20,000 nt of DNA from an uncultured virus (IMG/VR IMGVR_UViG_3300011646_000014) (Duplodnaviria > Heunggongvirae > Uroviricota > Caudoviricetes). This document shows, piece after piece, positions 1 through 8,024 of this stretch. Position 1 is the stretch's first letter, and every line of letters starts with the position of its first letter. Under the pieces are notes generated by a model. It was not told where the DNA came from. It made no database searches and worked only from the letters and a program-made list of their open reading frames with translations. Position numbers and translations under genes: made by a program. The stretch spans positions 44,947 to 64,946 of the IMG/VR virus record IMGVR_UViG_3300011646_000014; one strand, given 5' to 3'.

Positions 1-133
1 TCACATACCCATTGGCACTTGCTAACATATTAATTGTTCCCATGATTGGAATGTTAGCAACTGGCATAAACACACCAATAAATAGCAATAAAGCTCCAAC
101 CACCCCAATTGTTTGCTGCCTATCGAGAGTCAT
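1..133 (-). CDS. Membrane protein, 5' part (runs off the left edge)
   Basis: Manual translation from ATG at 133: MTLDRQQTIGVVGALLLFIGVFMPVANIPIMGTINMLASANGYV..., hydrophobic; ATG overlaps the TGA of the upstream gene (TGATG coupling); not in the ORF track. Confidence 0.8.
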   Translation of the reverse strand, partial: MTLDRQQTIGVVGALLLFIGVFMPVANIPIMGTINMLASANGYV

Positions 134-417
134 CACTTATTCTCCCATAGAATCTTAACAACCCTTCCTTGGCATAAAATCACCGTATATTGCTGCAAAT
201 CAATGTCATATTTATATTCAGTTGCAGCGCAGTAGAGTCGACCATCATTTAAAACGTAGAATCGCGGCTTTGGTCGTCCCATTTTATCAATAAGTGATGA
301 CTCACTATCACCCAATGAAACCAATTGGCCTGATGGTGTTCGCATTGCATTGGTTGTTCGGTCTGCAAATGCTAAAGTTGAAAATAATGCTAAAGCTAAA
401 ATAAGAAATTTGTTCAT
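133..417 (-). CDS. Secreted small protein, DUF2845-like
   Basis: Likely start MNKF at 417 after a GGGGA RBS; signal peptide ending AFA; 'AMRTPSGQLVSLGDSESSLIDKMGRP' resembles the DUF2845 N-terminus. Confidence 0.7.
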   Translation of the reverse strand: MNKFLILALALFSTLAFADRTTNAMRTPSGQLVSLGDSESSLIDKMGRPKPRFYVLNDGRLYCAATEYKYDIDLQQYTVILCQGRVVKILWENK

Positions 418-492
418 GTTATCCCCCTGTTTTTGAGGAGAATAACACATAAACAAAGATTTTAATTTACACTAATCCGTGAATTTTCAAGA

Positions 493-843
493 TTATTCAC
501 AACTGATATTTAGCTTCTGTTTATAGTAATCGATAGCCGATTTTAACTCTTTATCCAGTTTTCCTTTGGAATATTCATTTGGCTGTAATTGAATAAGTGC
601 GGGTGCGTATTCATCATTGTAGGTTGTTGGCCAATCAACACAGATAATTTTCTTTTGCTCAATTGGATCTGTTTTGGGGTTGTCCAGTTTATCTAAGTAC
701 CCAGAAATCTTCTTGTCAGATTGTTCAAACTGAGCCTTGTAATCAATAGACTCGGGTTTAGTTTCATGCTTTTGTCCTGAATCTTTATCGCATCCAGTCA
801 GACTTAATATTGAAACTGCTATGAGCAAAATTTTAATTTTCAT
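493..843 (-). CDS. Lipoprotein of unknown function
   Basis: Basic N-terminus, hydrophobic stretch and lipobox LTG-C. Confidence 0.85.
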   Translation of the reverse strand: MKIKILLIAVSILSLTGCDKDSGQKHETKPESIDYKAQFEQSDKKISGYLDKLDNPKTDPIEQKKIICVDWPTTYNDEYAPALIQLQPNEYSKGKLDKELKSAIDYYKQKLNISCE

Positions 844-852
844 ATTATTAAA

Positions 853-1395
853 TCAAATTAGTTTCTTAGAATGATCTTCTAAAGTATTAATTATATCAAG
901 ACCATTTACCACAATCATATCTATTCTTTCTGCATCAATATGATCAATATCATTTTTGATATTAAGGTCTACATTTTTTAGCAAAAGCGTCTCTTTTAAA
1001 AGAGAGTCTTGATAATCAAGCAAGCACTTCTCAACATCAATTTTAACCTTTTCCCACAAATATCTGCCTGTTACAGAGTAGTAGAAAAAATTAATTGGAT
1101 TTCCATATGGGAAAGCTTCAATCTGCGCATTTAGGTAGTCTAAATGGTTGTTGACTTTTGCTCTTAAAATTAACAAATCAGCAAGATTTTTAATTTCTGC
1201 ATTTTCGTTATCACTTAAAAATAATTTTTCTTTGATACCAAATTCAATCGAAAAATCATTAATTTTTATGATTTCGTCAGAAATGTTTTTCAAAAACCTC
1301 ATCTGCAAGCGCATATGTATTTTTTGCAAAATAAGGTATAGACCACCAAGAGCGCCTACTATTTTGAATATCCATATGAGATGTTCTATTACCAC
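853..1395 (-). CDS. Membrane-anchored hypothetical protein (candidate effector of the kinase/STAS module)
   Basis: 180 aa ORF with N-terminal TM segment (LIWIFKIVGALGGLYLIL) and helical-looking soluble part; starts 12 nt after the STAS gene. Confidence 0.75.
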   Translation of the reverse strand: MVIEHLIWIFKIVGALGGLYLILQKIHMRLQMRFLKNISDEIIKINDFSIEFGIKEKLFLSDNENAEIKNLADLLILRAKVNNHLDYLNAQIEAFPYGNPINFFYYSVTGRYLWEKVKIDVEKCLLDYQDSLLKETLLLKNVDLNIKNDIDHIDAERIDMIVVNGLDIINTLEDHSKKLI

Positions 1396-1407
1396 TATTA
1401 ATCCAGA

Positions 1408-1743
1408 TTAATTCTTTAGTTTAATATTTTCTGCATCTTTAATATATTTCCAAACCATGTCAACCAATGCAGGTCTTCTTGGAAAATCTAAAACCAATAT
1501 ATCTCTCAATTCCGAATAACTGAATCCATGATCTCGGACAAGACCTCCAAATGCCTCTTCCAAGAAAGATGATCCATTCATAGAGACACCTGTGAAATCT
1601 ATATAGATTTTTTCGCCATCATTAAGCTTGTTTAATCTTGGCAAAAGAACATCCTCACGAAAAGCTTCGCCAGTATATGTTCCGTGTATTCTATAGCGAC
1701 CTGATGGTCTTCTGTAAAATTCCTTAGCTACACTTAAGTTCAT
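1408..1743 (-). CDS. STAS-like domain protein (DUF4325-type)
   Basis: Motifs GRY..G..TGEAFRE..L.P, IDFTGV...GSSFLEEAFGGL typical of stand-alone STAS-like DUF4325 proteins. Confidence 0.85.
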   Translation of the reverse strand: MNLSVAKEFYRRPSGRYRIHGTYTGEAFREDVLLPRLNKLNDGEKIYIDFTGVSMNGSSFLEEAFGGLVRDHGFSYSELRDILVLDFPRRPALVDMVWKYIKDAENIKLKN

Positions 1744-1761
1744 TTCAATCTCTTCTAAACC

Positions 1762-2775
1762 TTAACAGTGCTTACTAACATCAATACTAGAATTGTTTAA
1801 TGGTATTAACCATGACACAATTGTACCATCTACAACTGTTTTGTAATTTTGTTTTTTATACCTATTTTCATCTTGCACACCTTTCGCCCAATAACCTTTT
1901 CTGCTATGAACCATCATTACCGAGCCTTTAATTTGATCACATACAGCTTTCATGTCCTGAAAACCTTTTCCTCTGTTGGGCATTTCAGTTGCAGTTTTCT
2001 GATATTCAGTCGCAATCTCGATCTTTGAGTCATCTTTAAGCCGCCCCCAAGATTCAACATTAAAAAACCGCTCTAAAGTTCCATCTGTAATTTTGGTTGG
2101 AATAGTTTTGGGAATCGTCCGACCTAAATCAGAGATAATAACGCTACATCTATCAGGTGTAATTGATAAAAATAAATACCATTTTTTATATGTATCACTT
2201 AACTCGTATGCATGATTAACGACATTTATCACAGCCTCACCTATAGCTGTATTGATTACGTCAAATGTTTCTGAATCCTCCCCAAATTTATCTTTTAATA
2301 CATTTTCGATTTCATCATAATCATCGCCAAAATCTGCATTTTCACCTGAGAAAGTATACCAGCGCTCAACTAGATTGTGAGAAGACTGTAGCTCATCAAT
2401 ATTCATACGTTTATAGATTTTTAGCTTGCTCAACATACCTGACACAACAGTATTGGAAGATGACCTTCCACGACAGATTACTGTAGGGTGTTTATCTAAA
2501 ATCTGATGAAAATGAATAGTAGCCATTGGAGTCAAAGATTTGACATTAGTAAAATCGAAGTACGGTCTTAAATTGGCGTTATCATGGTACTTTACAGCAT
2601 TTATCGCCCTCATAGTTTCGTGCCTATAAGAACTGTTGCCCAAATCAAAACATTCAGGCATAGGAACGTGAACATATTTATGTTTGGGGGTAGCTCTGGT
2701 TTTTGAGCCCATTTTCCGTAATTTAATATTTTTTCTAATCTGTATTTCAATTTGATGATAAATTTGTTTTTTCAT
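1762..2775 (-). CDS. GHKL (HATPase_c) ATP-binding protein, RsbW/SpoIIAB-like kinase with N-terminal STAS-like domain
   Basis: N-box EAVINVVNHAY, G1 DLGRTIP, G2 RGKGF, G3 GTIVSW; no obvious H-box or TM; N-terminal 'YFDFTNVKSLTP' resembles a STAS strand-loop. Confidence 0.85.
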   Translation of the reverse strand: MKKQIYHQIEIQIRKNIKLRKMGSKTRATPKHKYVHVPMPECFDLGNSSYRHETMRAINAVKYHDNANLRPYFDFTNVKSLTPMATIHFHQILDKHPTVICRGRSSSNTVVSGMLSKLKIYKRMNIDELQSSHNLVERWYTFSGENADFGDDYDEIENVLKDKFGEDSETFDVINTAIGEAVINVVNHAYELSDTYKKWYLFLSITPDRCSVIISDLGRTIPKTIPTKITDGTLERFFNVESWGRLKDDSKIEIATEYQKTATEMPNRGKGFQDMKAVCDQIKGSVMMVHSRKGYWAKGVQDENRYKKQNYKTVVDGTIVSWLIPLNNSSIDVSKHC

Positions 2776-2806
2776 AAACTTTTTTGAAGAACTTCTTAAG
2801 CAAAAG

Positions 2807-2835
2807 AATATACATATTTAATTTTAGGCATTCAA
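2807..2835 (-). promoter_or_regulatory. Candidate sigma70 promoter of the moron operon
   Basis: Minus strand TTGAAT (2835-2830), 17-nt spacer, TATATT (2812-2807), about 30 nt upstream of the kinase ATG. Confidence 0.55.
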
Positions 2836-2849
2836 TCACTTATCTTCAT

Positions 2850-3443
2850 TTATTTATCAGACAAATCATCCAGATACTTTTTAAACTCTCTCGCTGCTGC
2901 ATGTTGGGCTACACGCACAATTCCTGCTTGAGTCGAAATGTTTCGCTTATGAGCTTTAACAACAGCATCAAGATAGTGCTTATATGTACCGTAAGACATA
3001 TACATAATGCTTTCATGTGAATGTCCTGCTGATACCAGTAGTTGTAAAGAATCAAACCAAGAATCAGTATTTTCAACTTGCTTAGCTGATCTGCCACGGC
3101 GTTTCACGGGCTTCTCATAAAAATAAGCCTTATTTGCTTCTAAGGTTTTTCTTAGCAATTCAATATAAATATCAGGATTGCTGATTTTTGTTTTGATGAC
3201 TGAATCAATATCTAAATCAGTAACCAAGTTAATCATTGAATAACATTGAACTTCAAATTGAGAAATTATGGTTTCCAAAATCTCATCTGAATAGACTTCT
3301 ATATTGTTTAAATTGGTTTTTATTTCTGATGAAGCGACAAGCCACAAATCAAAATCTTTCATAGTGATTTGTCGAACATCAAGATCAAAATCAGCCACAT
3401 TCAATTTTAATGGCCTATTAGATGCAATAAAAAAATCATTCAT
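2850..3443 (-). CDS. Tail assembly chaperone (probable)
   Basis: Directly downstream of tail tube gene; C-terminal 'WFDSLQLLVSAGHSHESIMYMSY' resembles the gpT-like part of chaperones. Confidence 0.65.
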   Translation of the reverse strand: MNDFFIASNRPLKLNVADFDLDVRQITMKDFDLWLVASSEIKTNLNNIEVYSDEILETIISQFEVQCYSMINLVTDLDIDSVIKTKISNPDIYIELLRKTLEANKAYFYEKPVKRRGRSAKQVENTDSWFDSLQLLVSAGHSHESIMYMSYGTYKHYLDAVVKAHKRNISTQAGIVRVAQHAAAREFKKYLDDLSDK

Positions 3444-3459
3444 GATGAAATCCTATTTA

Positions 3460-3484
3460 GGCACAGGCATTAACTGCCTGCACC
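3460..3484 (-). other. Intergenic RNA stem-loop after tail tube gene
   Basis: Minus strand GGTGCAGGCA-GTTAA-TGCCTGTGCC, 10-bp stem with two G-U pairs, no U-tract. Confidence 0.5.
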
Positions 3485-3495
3485 AATTAAACAGC

Positions 3496-4251
3496 TTAAG
3501 GAGTTGCTGGAATCGTCACAATATGACCGTAAAGCCCCAACATATCATCAGATGCTTTCGATACATCTGCCAATGCCTGACCTTCAATCTGATACTGCCC
3601 CAATTCTTCATGAATCAAAGCGAATGTGGTTTTTGGAGATTTCTTGGTGCGCCATAGACGTACCGCAATATTGTCGCCATTGGCTGTATTGATGCCTTTA
3701 AAGAACAACTCGTATTCTTTATTAAAATCATTGGCAAGAGTCGTTTGAGTCACCGCCCCCGTGGTATAGGTCGCTAAAATCGGCATAGTCAAACCGGCAA
3801 TATCTTTAAAGATTACAGTGCCGAATTTTGCATCAACTGTGTATTTGCTTTCCGCAATGGTTACTGGTGTACCCGAAGTCGAATCGGTAAATGAAACTTG
3901 AGAAAGATTGTAGCCATCAAGTTTAATTTCATCACCAACCACTACAGTCCCAAGTGATACTGCTGATTTGGTAGTGCTTACAATTGAATGGTTTTCACCA
4001 GACACAACGTATTCCAAGTTTTTTTCATTCAACTCTTCAATTTGCCCAGAAAAGTTGACGGACGTGGTTTTAACCATGGTGAAATCGGTGCTGCGCTGAC
4101 CTGACATGCTTTCCTGATGCTCAACAACATCTGCATCAATTTCAAGCTCAAACTCAGGCACGTTACCAATCTGACGCATAGCACCAGCTACCCCATTGGC
4201 AATTGCAGACAGATAAAATTTGCCTTGCAATGACATATATTTTTTAGCCAT
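3496..4251 (-). CDS. Major tail (tube) protein
   Basis: 'GKFYLS....MRQIGNVPEFELEI' N-terminus typical of siphovirus tail tube proteins; position after neck genes. Confidence 0.85.
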   Translation of the reverse strand: MAKKYMSLQGKFYLSAIANGVAGAMRQIGNVPEFELEIDADVVEHQESMSGQRSTDFTMVKTTSVNFSGQIEELNEKNLEYVVSGENHSIVSTTKSAVSLGTVVVGDEIKLDGYNLSQVSFTDSTSGTPVTIAESKYTVDAKFGTVIFKDIAGLTMPILATYTTGAVTQTTLANDFNKEYELFFKGINTANGDNIAVRLWRTKKSPKTTFALIHEELGQYQIEGQALADVSKASDDMLGLYGHIVTIPATP

Positions 4252-4432
4252 CTACCTTTACCTCTTTAGTTGTTTTGGTTGGGGTGGTTTGTTTCGTTTC
4301 TGAAGGTTTTTTGAACTCCTCAATCACACCACGCCCCAAAAGTTCTTGAATCTGTGCATCGCTTAAACCACCTACAATGTCACCAGAATGAAAACGCCCG
4401 ACTGTTTGCCGGGCGATGTATTTTTTAGCCAT
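4244..4432 (-). CDS. Small virion-associated protein, paralog of 5794..6141 N-terminal domain
   Basis: KYIARQTVGRF.SG..V.GL...QIQELL..GVIEEFK aligns by eye with 5794..6141. Confidence 0.75.
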   Translation of the reverse strand: MAKKYIARQTVGRFHSGDIVGGLSDAQIQELLGRGVIEEFKKPSETKQTTPTKTTKEVKVDG

Positions 4433-4440
4433 GTTTTTAC

Positions 4441-4863
4441 CTATATGAATTTTTTAGATTCGAAAATTGCTGTTAAGTACGCAAACCCAGTTGAAAAGCC
4501 CTCTCTCACATCAATCAAATCGAGTGGTCGCACACTTGATGGCGACTGCCAACCTGACAACAACTCAATTACCTCTTCTAGCAATTCACCCGCCTCATCA
4601 GTCACAACATTTCCGTTGGTCATTTGGGATTGAGCATTTCGACAAGCAACCGTAACTGCCCAACGGATGCCCAACATATTGACCTTGGAATTTCCCGAGC
4701 TATCAACTTTAGTGATTCGCTGAAAGTTGACATGTGCTGCTGGGGTGACCTGTGACATTTCTGTGACTTTGACCGAATTCAACGGCGTATAGATCTGCTT
4801 AAATGCTGAAATTTCTTTTAGCTTTTCCGCAATCTCGTCACGCACAGCAAAGAAATTAGACAA
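4441..4863 (-). CDS. Tail terminator/completion protein, Mu gp37-like
   Basis: Probable TTG start at 4863 (MSNFFAVRDEIAEKL) after GGAG; 'W.VTV..RN' and 'L.GWQ' pattern; position before the tail tube. Confidence 0.7.
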   Translation of the reverse strand: MSNFFAVRDEIAEKLKEISAFKQIYTPLNSVKVTEMSQVTPAAHVNFQRITKVDSSGNSKVNMLGIRWAVTVACRNAQSQMTNGNVVTDEAGELLEEVIELLSGWQSPSSVRPLDLIDVREGFSTGFAYLTAIFESKKFI

Positions 4864-5338
4864 GTATAAATCTCCCAATAATGTCTAAGATATTTTCCTC
4901 ATCCTCAGAATTAATGCCAAGATAAGTGCGGGGTGGCACTTCAACAGACTTCACTTTGCGCCAGTTTCCTGCCACATTAAAAGTTAGATAATCAGCAGTT
5001 TTAGGAAGAATCGTGCCGCCAAAATGCATCATAGCTGCATACTCCTCGCCAGAACCCCATTCCACACCGTTTGACAATGTTTGGAAATTTAGGCCATTCA
5101 TTAAACGGCCTGTATCTCGAAGCGTTTGACCACCTTGCAGTTGCGCCCTCCAAGATTGTTTCCATGGATTACCGTCAACATCGTTTTGATTTACAAACCG
5201 CATCTGGCTAGAGGAAACGCCATATCCACCAATTTCGGTAAACATCTCATCTTTACGCTTGTCAAAATCAGCGAGTTGTTGAAGAACCTGCATCGCTACA
5301 GATTCACCATCAGCTTTGATTGAGATAAAAGCAGCCAT
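4856..5338 (-). CDS. Virion morphogenesis protein (Mu gpG / P2 gpS-like)
   Basis: Motifs DG.PW, TLRDTGRL, YAAMMHFGG, VPPRTYLGI. Confidence 0.9.
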   Translation of the reverse strand: MAAFISIKADGESVAMQVLQQLADFDKRKDEMFTEIGGYGVSSSQMRFVNQNDVDGNPWKQSWRAQLQGGQTLRDTGRLMNGLNFQTLSNGVEWGSGEEYAAMMHFGGTILPKTADYLTFNVAGNWRKVKSVEVPPRTYLGINSEDEENILDIIGRFILV

Positions 5339-5345
5339 CCCCACC

Positions 5346-5786
5346 TCACTTGACGCTAGGCATCATGTCCAAAGTCGCATCTCCAAACACACCACCCTTA
5401 TAAGTAGTGCCGATTGGCATGGTTGATGGCGCATTGACTGGCTTTTCTTCAGTAACTTGATTGCTTTCATTGAGGATATTTAAAACTGCTTTTCCGTCGG
5501 CAATGCGCTTTAGAAAGTCGATCTCCGCTTTGTAGCGGTTTTCGACCTCTTCAGTAGGTTGCTGAAAGTAGAGTCGATAACGGGCTATATTGCATGCCAC
5601 TCGTTTTAATGTGCTTGGCACACTCGGTAGTGGTAATTGGTACTTCACAGCAATATAGCTATCGATTTCTTCAGCAGCATCTTGCAACGCATCAGCAATA
5701 GAACTTACCGATGTCTGCATGGCTTCCAGATTGGCAATTTCACTAAACCCAAATCGTGCTTCAAGATCTTGTCGAGTTGCATACAT
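5346..5786 (-). CDS. Head-tail connector, Mu gp36-like (DUF1320)
   Basis: MYATRQDLEARFG...ALQDA..EIDSY...Y.LPL...P..L...ACNIARYRL...RY...I.FLK.IADGK. Confidence 0.9.
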   Translation of the reverse strand: MYATRQDLEARFGFSEIANLEAMQTSVSSIADALQDAAEEIDSYIAVKYQLPLPSVPSTLKRVACNIARYRLYFQQPTEEVENRYKAEIDFLKRIADGKAVLNILNESNQVTEEKPVNAPSTMPIGTTYKGGVFGDATLDMMPSVK

Positions 5787-5793
5787 ATGACAC

Positions 5794-6141
5794 CTACTTG
5801 GCATCATCTGCCGCTTTTGATGTTGGCTTCTTCGCTGTAGTGGCTTTTAACTGCTCATCAAGTTTTAACAACTGAGCCTTCAAATCCGCGATTTCGGCTG
5901 CATCTTTGGTTTTTTCATCAACCAATTTCTGATTATCGGCCTTCAAATCCGCGATTTCGGCTGCAAGTTGAGCTAATTGAGCTACTGTGCCATCAGCTTT
6001 GGATTGCGATTCCTCTGGCGGCTTAAATTCTTCAATAGCACCAGAATCCAAAAGGGCTTGAAGTTGTTTAGACTCAAGCCCTTCAATTTCCTGTCCTGGT
6101 CGAAAATGACCAATAGACTGTTTTGCAATGTACTTTGGCAT
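5794..6141 (-). CDS. Post-capsid protein with coiled-coil (Mu gp35 / lambda FI position)
   Basis: Small N-terminal domain plus heptad-rich tail with AAEIADLKA twice; between capsid and gp36-like genes. Confidence 0.7.
   Translation of the reverse strand: MPKYIAKQSIGHFRPGQEIEGLESKQLQALLDSGAIEEFKPPEESQSKADGTVAQLAQLAAEIADLKADNQKLVDEKTKDAAEIADLKAQLLKLDEQLKATTAKKPTSKAADDAK
5876..5965. repeat. Perfect 27-bp direct repeat (5876-5902 and 5939-5965)
   Basis: gccttcaaatccgcgatttcggctgca occurs twice, 63 bp apart. Confidence 0.95.
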
Positions 6142-6151
6142 TTAAGCCTCC

Positions 6152-7225
6152 TTAAACAAAGCCACGACCACCAACCAGACCATTCTTGTTGTTTGGTACG
6201 GCAAGCGGTGAAGATTCACCCAACATCTGAATGCTAGAAGGATTTTTTTCCTGCCACTGGCTTAAGAAAAACTCTAAAGGCTGGCCAAATGCTTCAATGT
6301 TTTGAATTGCGCAGTGAGCAATCCAACCGTTTGCATCAGAAACCAGACCAAAGAAGTCTTCAGGAATAAAACGCTCTGACACCCCATTTAGGTTGTGCGT
6401 TGCGTCATAAGTCCAAATCTGAATGTTATCAATATTGCCACGGAACTGCGGTTTTGATGGATCATCAAAAGTTGGGGTGATTGGCACACTGATCGAAGCA
6501 TAAGGTTTAATGAATTTTTCTTTAAACTCTTCGTTCTGCATCAATGAGTTAAAAACCTTTGACGATGTGAGCGCCAAGTTTGGCGCGACACCAGCATGCT
6601 CAACTGAAATATTGATCATCGATTGAATATCTTGCACAGGTGTTGCATTGGCCTGATTCCATTTTACCAATGGAGCAAAATTACATGCGGCATTACGCTC
6701 GTAATCGACCGTATATGAAGGGAAATCAGATGATGCAAACGTGGTCTTTCCATACAACAAGACATCGCGAGAGATTAAGAGTTTTCGGTTCTCGATCGAC
6801 TGGCGTAGGTGAATTGCCTTTTGAGCCTGATCAATTAATAGTAGTTCAGCGTCACTTAAGCGATTTGACCCTGTCGCCACAATACCGTAACGACGCAATT
6901 GAGTGACCAAGGCGGTATCTTGGACATCACTTGGCATGACGGTTACCATTGGCTTTAAATAAGCTGGCTTTACAAAACCAACTTTGCCTGATTCTGCCAC
7001 ATTGATTTGTCGACCAGCGACATTAGGCATCACGAACGGTGCTAGTGGAGTTGCAGTATTAAGCTCACCCACAGGAACTTCTTTTTTGTTATACGAAACA
7101 CGTTGAGGGAAGAACTTATCCATCAACCAAGTATCCACCTTTTTAGTGGTGTCTGTTAAAAGCACGAGTTGTGGAATATCCAATAACTCAACTGGTGCAT
7201 TTTGAAATGTAAAGCTAGTGCTCAT
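6152..7225 (-). CDS. Major capsid protein (lambda gpE family, HK97 fold)
   Basis: 'WLMDKFFP', 'LAPFV.P...G', 'PAYLKP', C-terminal 'ESSPLAVP'; 357 aa. Confidence 0.9.
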   Translation of the reverse strand: MSTSFTFQNAPVELLDIPQLVLLTDTTKKVDTWLMDKFFPQRVSYNKKEVPVGELNTATPLAPFVMPNVAGRQINVAESGKVGFVKPAYLKPMVTVMPSDVQDTALVTQLRRYGIVATGSNRLSDAELLLIDQAQKAIHLRQSIENRKLLISRDVLLYGKTTFASSDFPSYTVDYERNAACNFAPLVKWNQANATPVQDIQSMINISVEHAGVAPNLALTSSKVFNSLMQNEEFKEKFIKPYASISVPITPTFDDPSKPQFRGNIDNIQIWTYDATHNLNGVSERFIPEDFFGLVSDANGWIAHCAIQNIEAFGQPLEFFLSQWQEKNPSSIQMLGESSPLAVPNNKNGLVGGRGFV

Positions 7226-7227
7226 AT

Positions 7228-7611
7228 TTACCCCACGACTTTGCGTAATTCAATTTTGTTGTTAAGGCCTTGCGCACGCACTGCATCGTATTGAGCTTCA
7301 GTCAGTTTTGTGCCATTTACTGTAACTACGGCTAAGTCGTAAGCACCTTGCACGTAGATGGGCATTTCAAGTCCATTGTTGGCGTGATATGTCGATTGTT
7401 CTGCTGTCATGTCTCCCACCACAATCGCTTGCCAATCTCCAACCACACCTGATGTGATGGCTGGATGCGTTGCGACGTTCGCAGCACTGACTGCCACAAG
7501 ATCACCGCGCTTGTAAGCAACCCCTGCGGTCGGCTTCGCATTTTCAGTACGAACACCATCACCAACCACCAGTTGGCGACTTTCGATTGTTTCTGTAATT
7601 GTTTTACCCAT
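7228..7611 (-). CDS. Head decoration protein (lambda gpD-like)
   Basis: 127 aa immediately upstream of a gpE-type capsid gene; 'YKRGDLV', 'IYVQGAY' motifs. Confidence 0.75.
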   Translation of the reverse strand: MGKTITETIESRQLVVGDGVRTENAKPTAGVAYKRGDLVAVSAANVATHPAITSGVVGDWQAIVVGDMTAEQSTYHANNGLEMPIYVQGAYDLAVVTVNGTKLTEAQYDAVRAQGLNNKIELRKVVG

Positions 7612-7613
7612 AA

Positions 7614-8024
7614 TTAATTACCTTTCTGTTGGGCTGCTGCAAATTGATTAAATGCATTGTCTAATGCTGAACCTTGATGCTGTTGGCCAGTGCCACCCTG
7701 ACCACCTGTAGCTTGATGGCTAAACAAGTGCTGTAGGTGGGCTGGAACGATGTTAGTTTGCTGTTGTCCCAGCGCAGCGGGCTGTTCTGGTGTCTTGCTT
7801 GAAAACTGACGCAGTTGCTTTGCAGTAAATGCAAAAGTTGCATCATCCATATTTGTATATGCGGTTTTATCTTCAGCACTGAATTGAACTTTTAATTCAG
7901 TTTCCAAAGCCTGAATATCGCTTGTACGTTTTTCAGCTTGAAACTTTTTAAGTTCTGCCTGAGCTGCATCACGCTCTTGTTCAGCTTGTTTTTGAGCAGC
8001 CTGTGCTTTTTCTAATTCGGTCAC
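7614..8024 (-). CDS. Nested in-frame scaffold protein (internal start)
   Basis: Minus strand caaGAGGAcaccaacGTGaccgaattagaa: SD plus in-frame GTG at 8024, at the protease/coiled-coil boundary; 136 aa. Confidence 0.6.
   Translation of the reverse strand: MTELEKAQAAQKQAEQERDAAQAELKKFQAEKRTSDIQALETELKVQFSAEDKTAYTNMDDATFAFTAKQLRQFSSKTPEQPAALGQQQTNIVPAHLQHLFSHQATGGQGGTGQQHQGSALDNAFNQFAAAQQKGN

Noticed and set aside
1762..2775. Classical two-component sensor histidine kinase
   Set aside because: No TM/sensor region, no clear H-box and no response regulator; the neighbour is a STAS protein
2850..3443. Programmed G/GT frameshift in the tail chaperone
   Set aside because: Both chaperone-like halves appear to be in one continuous ORF; I found no convincing slippery site linked to a plausible second frame (2909..3097 looks non-coding)
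4238..4432. Shared tattttttagccat (MAKKY starts) at two adjacent genes
   Set aside because: Short and explained by a common A-rich translation start bias; the portal also starts MAKK
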